A stretch of DNA of 64,000 bases from Spirochaetia bacterium. Lineage in GTDB: Bacteria > Spirochaetota > Spirochaetia > SZUA-6 > Bin103. The stretch covers positions 768,001 through 832,000 of the forward strand of contig CBDAOI010000004.1 of the NCBI GenBank assembly GCA_965198005.1. Reading direction: 5' to 3'. Positions 55,825-64,000 of this stretch are shown here, one piece after another; position 1 is the stretch's first letter; each line of letters starts with the position of its first letter. Below the pieces are notes generated by a model, which did no database searches, was not told the DNA's origin, and saw nothing but the letters and a program-made list of their open reading frames with translations. The position numbers and the translations under genes were made by a program.

Positions 55825-56304
55825 GGGCTTTGAGCAGCCGACAAGACTGCATTCCAGCCGGGGAAGGACCGGCCGTACCAATTACCCGGTTCGGGTACGT
55901 AGTGATGCCACAGTTCGTGTTGGGTAACCGCACGATAGCTGCGTGGTGTATAAGGCCCTGCCGCTTTGTCAGGCAAAGGACTGCAAGGTGGGGGCATCCA
56001 GAGGGTCGGTGCATGTCGGATGCCTGACGGGCACACGCCGGGGCGCTGTACCCGGGCAACGTGAGAAGTCGGAGCGGGCATCGAGCCGGTGGTATAACCG
56101 GCCGGGTTAGGGGCGTATGCGTGCCAGCGCTTGCGCTTCGGCCCCGTCGGGAAGGTCCATCGGGGAAAGTGGGCATGGCCGCCAACCGGACTCGAGAAAT
56201 TCGACCGTCCGGGATGAGAGGGGGGCTTCGCGGAAACGTGGAACTGATAACGAGGAGCTGGGAGCCGCTTCCGAGCGCGTTTCCCAGCTCCTCTACTCGT
56301 TGAC
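55825..56304 (+). ncRNA. ORF-less group II intron-like RNA (domain V/VI-like 3' end; 5' boundary uncertain)
   Basis: 34-nt D5-like hairpin 56183-56216, then AGAGGGGG..GGAAACGTG and a hairpin ending CTCTACTCG. Confidence 0.55.
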
Positions 56305-56325
56305 TGAGAGGCAACGGAGAATCGC

Positions 56326-57288
56326 TTGAGGGCCTATATCTTCAGGAGATTGTTGCTGACTGTCCCGACCCTGTTCATATTGAGCATCCTGGTCTTCCTT
56401 TCGGTCCGCTTCATCCCCGGCGACGTAATAGACGCAATACAGGAGCGGCTGGGATACACAGTATCCGGTGCGTCGGTCGACCGGGAAGCGCTAGAGCGTC
56501 AACTGGGACTAGACGTGCCTGTCTACGTGCAGTACGGACGCTGGTTGAGGGGCATTTTCGTGCACGGCAGCCTCGGCGAATCACTGATGGGCCGAGGGGC
56601 GGTGGAGCAGAAGATAATAGATAGACTGCCGGTAACCATTGAGCTTGGTTTGATGGCAATCCTCATCGGGCTGGTGATCGCGTTGCCGGTCGGCATCTAC
56701 TCGGCGATTCGCCAGGATACCGTCGCCGACTTCCTGGGGCGCTCGGTCGCCATCGTCGGCCTGGCCACGCCCAACTTCTGGCTAGGCATCATGGTCATGA
56801 TCTACCCGGCCATCTGGTGGGGCTGGGCGCCGCCGCTGGAGCTGGTTTCCCTCACGGAAGACCCGCTGGGGAATCTGGCGGTGTTCGTCATTCCCAGCCT
56901 GATTCTGGGAACGGCCGCGGCTGCAGCCACCATGCGGATGACGCGCACCATGATGCTGGAGGTGCTCCGGCAGGATTTTATCAGGACGGCCTGGGCGAAG
57001 GGCTTGCGGGAGCGGGCCGTGGTGATCCGACACGCGGTCAAGAATGCCCTGATCCCGGTGGTGTCCCTGATCGGCCTGCAGTTGCCGATTCTGGTGGGGG
57101 GCGCCGTGATCATGGAGAACATCTTCAACCTGCCGGGCCTCGGCCGTCTCTTGCTGACTGCCCTCAATGACAGAGACTACCCGATGGTCTCCGGCATCAA
57201 CCTGTTTTTCGCCACCGGTGTGGTGGGGATCAATCTCCTCATCGACCTGGTCTATGCCTTCTTGGACCCCAGGGTCCGCTATGACTGA
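56326..57288 (+). CDS. DppB/OppB-type ABC permease
   Basis: [43 protein letters not shown]. Confidence 0.92.
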   Translation: MRAYIFRRLLLTVPTLFILSILVFLSVRFIPGDVIDAIQERLGYTVSGASVDREALERQLGLDVPVYVQYGRWLRGIFVHGSLGESLMGRGAVEQKIIDRLPVTIELGLMAILIGLVIALPVGIYSAIRQDTVADFLGRSVAIVGLATPNFWLGIMVMIYPAIWWGWAPPLELVSLTEDPLGNLAVFVIPSLILGTAAAAATMRMTRTMMLEVLRQDFIRTAWAKGLRERAVVIRHAVKNALIPVVSLIGLQLPILVGGAVIMENIFNLPGLGRLLLTALNDRDYPMVSGINLFFATGVVGINLLIDLVYAFLDPRVRYD

Positions 57289-57436
57289 AGCCACTGAGCA
57301 TCATCGGCGGGGTCGTCATCCACACGTTGAGATATCAGCCGGACACCGGCGCGGTTTCCGCCCGCAAGTGGTCAGGTTAGAATCTCCCGCGAACACCACG
57401 GCGTCATGACGACGGCGCGGCCACGGACGGAGACTC

Positions 57437-58020
57437 ATGGACGACCCCTCCTACAAACGCCTGCGCAAGCACGAACGCATCGTCAAGGATCTGCTGATCG
57501 GGTTCATCGCGCCGCAACGCGCTCCGGGGTGGGCCGGCGCGCTCGACTTCGACACCCTCCGCGAAGGCCCCACCGAGGAGATCACCGACGAGTTGCGCCG
57601 CCGGCTCGGTGGCGTGGTGTGGTCGATCGACCGGCGCGACGGACGCGGCGGGGTGCAGACCCTGCACGTGGTGATCGAGCATCAGTCCAGCGTGGACTAG
57701 TCGATGCCGCTGCGGTTCCTCAACTACACGAGCCTGCTCTACCAGCGGCTGTATCGCGACCGCACCAGGTGGAGCAAGGGCGAGACGGCGGACCCGGTGT
57801 TGCACGTCGTGGTGTACAACGGCGATAGTCGGTGGGACGCGCCAGGACCGAGCAAGACGGTCCGGCGCAGCTCGCGCTGAGTTACGAGGTGCTTGATCTG
57901 ATGGCCGTGGAGTGGGATGATCTACCGCGGCCGAACCTGCTGACGTGGGTGGCGGAAGTGGAGCAAAGTGTACAGGCGAGGGCTTTGCCTGAGCGGGTAC
58001 GGGAGTTGGGGGAGTGGCTC
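57437..58020 (+). pseudogene. Rpn/YhgA-like PD-(D/E)XK transposase, premature TAG (57698) and frameshift
   Basis: DPSYKRL, LDFDTL, VIEHQSSVD*SMPLRFLNY, VVVYNGDSRW. Confidence 0.75.
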
Positions 58021-58180
58021 GACCACCGACTTCCTCGCCCGCGTGGACCGCGCCAGTTCGTAGCCCGGCCTTGCGACGCCTCCGGGGTGGTTGGTCGACT
58101 CAGGAAGGGGCCGATGCGCCCGGGTCCACGCCGCGAGGGTGCTCACGGGCGCCGCAGCTGCCAAAAAAAACTTTTCGTTT

Positions 58181-58330
58181 GCCGGTTGACTTGTTTGCCG
58201 CAGGTGTGCCAGGGTAAGCGCCACGGATTTGAACGGATGCAAAAAGTGGCTGATGACACTACTCAGCACTGCCACCGGTTAGCGGTAACGCAACCGGCGT
58301 GTCCTACCCTTGCCCCCCCCCCCCCCCCCC
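58181..58330 (+). repeat. Promoter/leader-ORF/poly-C module, copy 2 (C18 at 58313-58330)
   Basis: TTGACT-18-CAGGGT, GGATG, DTTQHCHRLAVTQP codons. Confidence 0.6.
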
Positions 58331-58457
58331 GGAATCCTTTCGCGGCGGGGGTTGACAAATGGTGGGGCCCCCCCAGACTGTCTCTTCAGGCCATGCAGTC
58401 AATCGCCGCTACATCTGGGTATGGCTGTGCCTCACCTGCGGAGGGCTTGAGTGACTC

Positions 58458-59360
58458 TTGAGCGTGCTGGTATTCCTGTCGGTGCGCTTCATCCCCGGCG
58501 ACGTCATCGACGTCATGGCGGCTCGCTCGGCGGCCTTCGGCACCTCCGTCGACCGGCAGCTCGTAGAACGCAGGCTTGGCCTGGACCTACCGATCCACGT
58601 GCAGTACGGCCGCTGGATCGGCGGCATCCTCCTGCGCGGCACCCTCGGCGAGTCGCTGCTGGGCGGCTGGCCGATCGAGGAGCGCATGCTGGGACGACTT
58701 CCGGTCACCGCCGAGCTCGGGCTGCTGGCCATCCTCATCGGCCTGGTCATCGCGCTGCCGGTGGGCATCTACTCGGCGGTGCGCCAGTACACGGCGGCCG
58801 ACTACGTGGGACGGTCGGTCGCCATCATGGGGCTGGCGACGCCCAACTTCTGGCTGGGAACGATGGTGATGATCTACCCGGCCATCTGGTGGGCGTGGTC
58901 GCCGCCGATGGAGCTGGTCCCGTTCGCCCAGGACCCGCTGGGCAACCTCGGCATGTTCCTCATCCCGAGCCTGATCCTGGGGACCTACCTGTCGGCCAGC
59001 ACCATGCGCATGACGCGCACCATGATGCTGGAGGTGCTGCGCCAGGACTACATCAGGACCGCTTGGTCCAAGGGTCTGCTGGAGCGGTCGGTGATCCTGC
59101 GCCACGCGGTCAAGAACGCCATCATCCCGGTGGTGACGCTGGTGGGCATGCAGCTGCCGATCCTGGTGGGCGGCGCGGTGATCATCGAGAACATCTTCAA
59201 CCTGCCGGGGCTGGGGCGGCTGATGCTGGACGCCCTCAACGACCGCGACTACCCGGTGGTGTCGGCGGTGAACCTGTTCTTCGCTACGGTCGTCGTGGTG
59301 GTCAACCTGGTGACCGATCTGCTGTACGCGTCGCTGGACCCGCGGATTCGCTACGAATGA
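58458..59360 (+). CDS. DppB/OppB-type permease, 5'-truncated by ~18 codons
   Basis: Starts at LSVLVFLSVRFIPGD, otherwise colinear with 56326-57288. Confidence 0.85.
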   Translation: MSVLVFLSVRFIPGDVIDVMAARSAAFGTSVDRQLVERRLGLDLPIHVQYGRWIGGILLRGTLGESLLGGWPIEERMLGRLPVTAELGLLAILIGLVIALPVGIYSAVRQYTAADYVGRSVAIMGLATPNFWLGTMVMIYPAIWWAWSPPMELVPFAQDPLGNLGMFLIPSLILGTYLSASTMRMTRTMMLEVLRQDYIRTAWSKGLLERSVILRHAVKNAIIPVVTLVGMQLPILVGGAVIIENIFNLPGLGRLMLDALNDRDYPVVSAVNLFFATVVVVVNLVTDLLYASLDPRIRYE

Positions 59361-59383
59361 GGCAAAGGCAATGAGGGAAACCC

Positions 59384-59731
59384 GTGGGTGACGTATCACA
59401 GCTGACGCCGGCCGGCGCCGAGCCGGCCGCGGGCGCGGCTGCGCAGGCCGGACCGCGGCGGTTCTTCGGCCGGCTGGTGCGCGAGCAGCCGTTGGGGACC
59501 GCCGGCGGCATCGTCATCCTGATCCTGGTGCTGGTGAGCATCTTCGCCGACGGGCTGCTCAGCCGGGAGGGGCGGCAGTACGTGGAGGTCGCGCCGCATC
59601 TGGCGCTGTGGTCGGGGGTGTGTCTGACCGTGGTGGTGTACAGCCTCAACATATTCGGCGACGCGGTGCGCGACCTGCTGGACCCCCGCCTGCGCGGCCG
59701 GCTCGGGCGCTACGGCGCGGGCAGGGCGTAG
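59384..59731 (+). pseudogene. DppC/OppC permease with large in-frame internal deletion
   Basis: VSIFADG joined directly to LLSREGRQY; compare 60831-61660. Confidence 0.85.
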
Positions 59732-59828
59732 CGGGGTCAACGCCATCAGCCACGGGGCAGACTGCGGACATCGTACGCACGAAGTGGTCTTGATACGAGA
59801 AGAATTCTACCTTATTCTTGAAACTGCG

Positions 59829-60080
59829 ATGAAGATGAAGGTTGGGACCTTGATCGATGCCGAGTTGCTCACGGAGGTGAAGCGCGCCGCCGCGGAGGAC
59901 GGGAAACGGCTGTGCGATCTGTTCGCCGACGCCCTTACGGGATACCTCGCGGAGCGCGCTCCGGAGCCTCGCCGCGCGATGCAGGCATACGCCCGGTTTT
60001 GCAACAACCCCATAGGCGGCATGGGCGCGGGCGAGGACGATCTCCGCGAGATCGTCGACGACGACCTGCTGGCGCGGTGA
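59829..60080 (+). CDS. Putative RHH/VapB-like antitoxin
   Basis: MKMKVGTLIDAELLTEVKRAA; GTGA overlap with PIN gene. Confidence 0.6.
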   Translation: MKMKVGTLIDAELLTEVKRAAAEDGKRLCDLFADALTGYLAERAPEPRRAMQAYARFCNNPIGGMGAGEDDLREIVDDDLLAR

Positions 60081-60481
60081 AGGACACGGAAATCGCCGAC
60101 GGCTCGCGGTGCGTGCTCGACGCGAACGTTCTGATCTACGCCGAAGAAGGACACTCGAAGCAAGCGAGCGCCCTGCTTGCGCGGTGTGCCGAGGGCGCGG
60201 TCAGCGGAATCATCCCTTTCGCCGCACTCCTTGAGGTGTGTCACAAGCTCATGCTGATCGAGGCGCGCGCCCGGAACAAGATCTCGGGGTCGAACCCCGC
60301 CCGCAAGTTGTCCGCCCAACCGGAGGTCGTGAAAACCCTGCATGCCTATCAGGCCAAGGTCGACGCACTGCTCGACATGGGTATGCGCGTCGAGGAACAT
60401 TGCATCGCGGACTATACTCGTGCCTTGGAACTACAATCCGCGTACGGTCTACTCACGATCGACTCCTCGTCCCCAGCCTGA
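60077..60481 (+). pseudogene. PIN-domain toxin truncated by fusion to a permease fragment
   Basis: [26 protein letters not shown] then junction. Confidence 0.75.
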
Positions 60482-60811
60482 TCCTGGGGACCTACCTGTC
60501 GGCCAGCACCATGCGCATGACGCGCACCATGATGCTGGAGGTGCTGCGCCTGGATTACATCAGGACCGCCTGGGCCAAGGGTCTGCTGGAGCGGTCGGTG
60601 ATCCTGCGCCACGCGCTCAAGAACGCCATCATCCCGGTGGTGACGCTGGTGGGCGGCGCGGTGATCATCGAGGCTGATGCTGGATGCGCTCAACGACCGC
60701 GACTACCCGGTGGTGTCGGCGGTGAACCTCTTCTTCGCCACGGTGGTGGTGGTCAACCTGCTGACCGATCTGCTGTACGCGGCGCTGGACCCGCGGATTC
60801 GCTACGAATGA
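60466..60811 (+). pseudogene. DppB 3' fragment with small deletions
   Basis: Near-copy of 58960-59360 lacking 24 nt (between CTGGTGGGC repeats) and ~29 nt. Confidence 0.85.
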
Positions 60812-60830
60812 GCCGGGCCGATGGGTGACG

Positions 60831-61660
60831 ATGGGTGACGTATCACAGTTGGCGCCGGCCAGCGCCGAGCCGGCCGCGGGTGCGGTTACGGCTGGGCAGG
60901 CCGGGCTGAGGAAGTTCGTCGGCCGGCTGGTGCGCGAGCAGCCGCTGGGGACCGCCGGCGGCATCGTCATCCTGCTCCTGGTGCTGGTCAGCATCTTTGC
61001 CGATTCGCTGGCGCCCTACCGCTACCAGGAGATCCACCTGCGCGACCGCCTGCAGGCACCCTCGGCCGCGTACCTGCTGGGCACCGACCACGTGGGGCGC
61101 GACCTGCTGAGCCGCCTCATCCACGGGGCGCGGCTGTCGCTGGCGGTGGGGCTGGCCGCCACGGTCCTCACCGTCGTGTGGTGGTGCTGATCGGCGGCAC
61201 CACCGGCTTCATCGGCGGCCGGCTGGACCTGGTGACGCAGCGCTTCGTCGACGCCTGGATGGCGTTCCCGGGGCTGCTGTTGCTGCTCACCATCATGTCG
61301 ATAGCCGGCCGTGGCATGCTGCAGATCATCGTCGTGCTGGGGGTATCGGGCGGCATCCCGGCCTCGCGCGTGGTGCGCGGCGCGGTGCTGGGGGTGAAGG
61401 AGAACGTCTACTTCCAGGCGGCGCAGGCGATCGGCAGTTCGCGCCGGCGCTCGCTGCTGCGCCACGTGCTACCCAACGTCGCGGCGCCGATCATCATCAT
61501 CTTCAGCATCAACGTGGGCGGGGTGATCATGGCGGAGGCGGCGCTGAGTTTTCTGGGGTTCGGGCTGCCGCCGGACATTCCGAGCTCGGGCGGGATGCTG
61601 AGCCGGGAGGGGCGGCAGTACATGGAGATCGCGCCGCGCCTGGCGCTGTGGCCGGGGGGC
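60831..61660 (+). pseudogene. DppC/OppC permease, frameshift ~61175, 3'-truncated
   Basis: LGTDHVGRDLLSRLIHGAR, RHVLPN, AEAALSFLGFG. Confidence 0.85.
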
Positions 61661-61738
61661 CCGACCACTGCGCACGAAAAGAGACTGTACGAAGCATACT
61701 TGGCCGGGGGGGATCGACTGTACCTTCGATACCTATGA
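61660..61738 (+). pseudogene. BrnT-like toxin C-terminal remnant
   Basis: PTTAHEKRLYE upstream of an HTH antitoxin. Confidence 0.4.
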
Positions 61739-62034
61739 AAACCGAGGATGAACCCGTGGAGCTCACGGAAAGCCAGTTCGCGACCGCGATTCCGGCAAGT
61801 GTTCGCAGACGCTTCATGCGGGGCCGGTTCGAATCCGGTGCGGACGTGGTGGCTCTACGGCGGTTTGTCGGACTTACGCAGGTCCAGTTTGCAGCCTCGG
61901 TCGGCATCAGCGTTCACACCTTGCGCAATTGGGAACAGGACCGCCGCCGTCCTGAAGGGCCAGCGCTGGCTCTCCTGCGCATCGCCGCGCGGCACCCGCG
62001 AGTCATCCGCGAGAACACCGAGTCGGTGGCATGA
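61735..62034 (+). CDS. XRE-family HTH antitoxin-like protein
   Basis: GLTQVQFAASVGISVHTLRNWEQDRRRPEGPALALL. Confidence 0.85.
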   Translation: MKTEDEPVELTESQFATAIPASVRRRFMRGRFESGADVVALRRFVGLTQVQFAASVGISVHTLRNWEQDRRRPEGPALALLRIAARHPRVIRENTESVA

Positions 62035-62361
62035 GAGCGTTGCGGCGCGCGTGCTGGTGCGGATGAAGCGGCGGTGGCTGCCGGCGGTCAGCTCATCGCA
62101 CCGGGCTGCTTGACGGTGGCTAAATACATCACCTGCAATCAGTTACAGAATTCCTTCCGGTCGGACCGTGCGTGCATTCACTCGGTGGGCCAACAGGTGG
62201 GCATGGTCGCGTTTCACACTCGGAGGGCTTGAGCTTATGACAGGGCTTGCGATCTCGCCCTCAAAACTTTTCTGTAACCTCTCGCCTCCAATTGCCATAT
62301 CTGTTTACGATGCACCTCTGCTCCTCTACCAGCCGTTCCCCGAGAATCGCTGCGGTGACCT

Positions 62362-62746
62362 CCGAGCGGTTGACAGTGCGGCGCGCATATGCAAGGGTGG
62401 CTCGCCTGAGATTCGACGGATGCAGATGAAGCGCGATCACGACAGTCAGCGCAGTGGCCGGTTGGCGGTGGCCGCAACGTCACCACTGCCGGTGGCGGCG
62501 ACGCTGGCGGGCGGCCGGAACGGCCGGAGTCCGCGCTTGACATGGTCAGGCGAGCCTGTGACGATAGGGAGTTCGGGGATCGAACGGATGGTCATAAGGC
62601 GCGATGGCGACAGTGAGTGCAGTCACCGGTTATTGGGGATGTGCGGTCAATCGGCGCCACACATGTGCATAGCTGCGTCTCAACTTCGGAGGGTTCGGGT
62701 GACCTACAACAAGTTAACGCTTACCCCCCCCCCCCCCCCAAAAAAA
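62362..62746 (+). repeat. Promoter/leader-ORF module, tandem copies 3 and 4, followed by C16A7 (62724-62746)
   Basis: TTGACA-17-AAGGGT (62370) and TTGACA-17-GACGAT (62537), each followed by GGATG and DSQRSGRLAV / DSECSHRL codons. Confidence 0.62.
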
Positions 62747-63014
62747 CGATTTCGAACCGAGAACCAACTAACCGCTGCGGCTGATCGCCCCGAACGCGCC
62801 GCGGCGGGCGCCTTCGCGGTTGGCACGGGGGTAGCGGCCGGCTCCGTGTGGCGCCGGCTCAGTCCACGTTCGTTCACTGGCTACCGCAACCGTCCCGCAG
62901 CCCCGTCCGTCACACCCCCGGCGTTGCCCGCCATTCAGAAGCGCTGCCGCGCCGACCACCATCCGATGGTGGCACACCACCCAGTGTGGGGTTGTGACCC
63001 AGGTCCCGACGTAC

Positions 63015-63202
63015 GTCAATTGCCGAAATCTACGGAAAGTGGAGGTGCAAAATGATACTCAAAGAACCGCACGCGCGCGCGGCGTGAGCCCGGGCGAACC
63101 CGGTGAGTCACACGCCGTGCGCGTCACACAGTTGACTCTCACTGGCCGCCTGCGTTGCGGGCGTGAGAGTAGCCAGGGAGCGGCAAGCCGCTGCGCAATA
63201 CT
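63015..63202 (+). promoter_or_regulatory. Conserved structured leader with uORF MILKEPHARAA (63052-63087), copy 2
   Basis: Matches 53807-53997 with a compensatory and a wobble change. Confidence 0.65.
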
Positions 63203-63230
63203 CTCGGAAATCAAACATACGGAGTTACGT

Positions 63231-64000
63231 ATGAATATTGTAATAATCACAAGGGCCTTCGCGATTGCGTTGGTCCTGGTTGTGACCGCGACCGGCGTCT
63301 GGGCCGCCGGCGCAGAAGAGGAGCCGGCAGCCGCTGCCGACAAAGAGACGGTGTTCGACCCCGCCACCGGCCAGACGTGGACCGCGCCAGAGTATGGCGG
63401 GACACTCACGCAGGGCGTTAGGGGCTTTCCCCCAAATAATAATAGTGACGGGTGGTCGGTTCATCCTGGCTGGGCGGCTCACCTCATCAGTGGCGTTAAT
63501 GAGAAGCTAGCCTTCGTCGACTGGGGACAATCCAGGGATATATGGACAGGCACACAGCCTTGGACCGCCGAGATGTTTATAGGGAATCTGGCTGAAAGCT
63601 GGTCAACGCCCGACGACACAACGTTCATCTGGCACATCCGCCAGGGCGTTTACTGGGACAATAAGGCGCCGGTGAACGGTCGGGAGTTCGATGCCCATGA
63701 CGTCGAATATAACTATCACCGCTATTTGGGTCTGGGCGATTTCACCGAAGACGGACCTAGCGCCCATCAGAGTGCTATAACTGCGTCTGGGAGAGCGGGT
63801 GTAGAGATCGAATCGGTAACGGCCACCGACAAATGGACGGTTGTTGTTAAGCTCAAGCCTCACGTCCTTGTGTTGCAGCATATGCTCAACAACTACTTGA
63901 TGATCTACGCCCCAGAGCAAATCGATGAATACGGCGACGCTAAGGATTGGAGGAACCTGGTCGGCACTGGTCCCTTGAGACTGACTGATGTCGTGGAGGG
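63231..64000 (+). CDS. Family-5 ABC substrate-binding protein (runs off the window)
   Basis: Manual translation MNIVIITRAFAIALVLVVTATGVWAAGAEEE..PEYGG..LAESWS..KAPVNGRE..EYNYHR. Confidence 0.88.
   Translation, partial: MNIVIITRAFAIALVLVVTATGVWAAGAEEEPAAAADKETVFDPATGQTWTAPEYGGTLTQGVRGFPPNNNSDGWSVHPGWAAHLISGVNEKLAFVDWGQSRDIWTGTQPWTAEMFIGNLAESWSTPDDTTFIWHIRQGVYWDNKAPVNGREFDAHDVEYNYHRYLGLGDFTEDGPSAHQSAITASGRAGVEIESVTATDKWTVVVKLKPHVLVLQHMLNNYLMIYAPEQIDEYGDAKDWRNLVGTGPLRLTDVVE

Overview
A high-GC bacterial chromosomal window. The peptide-ABC binding proteins (signal ...TATGLWAAGAEE) resemble those of Spirochaetaceae-like genomes, but this is only an impression. Housekeeping genes (galU, M29 aminopeptidase, aroC, polA, leuS, K+ channel, a two-component system) alternate with accessory DNA. 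(i) A type I R-M operon (9.6-18.3 kb, minus strand) carries a HEPN RNase, an MNT nucleotidyltransferase fused to HsdS, a SIR2-domain protein and an AAA ATPase/DUF4276 remnant between a truncated hsdM and a frameshifted hsdR. (ii) A BREX-type remnant (pglZ, brxL, probable methyltransferase C-terminus) sits next to an AbiE pair. (iii) There are many TA modules and IS1634/IS3/IS1380/RIT/Rpn remnants. (iv) A tandem family-5 peptide ABC transporter region runs from 51 to 64 kb. The least explained non-coding structures are in that region: a repeated promoter + leader-ORF + poly-C module, a conserved structured leader with an 11-codon uORF and a compensatory base change ahead of two SBP genes, and a ~480-nt ORF-less group II intron-like RNA with an AAC triad. 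Internal deletions, gene-fragment fusions and short exact copies of nearby DNA are pervasive; these may reflect real genome erosion or assembly/amplification artefacts.
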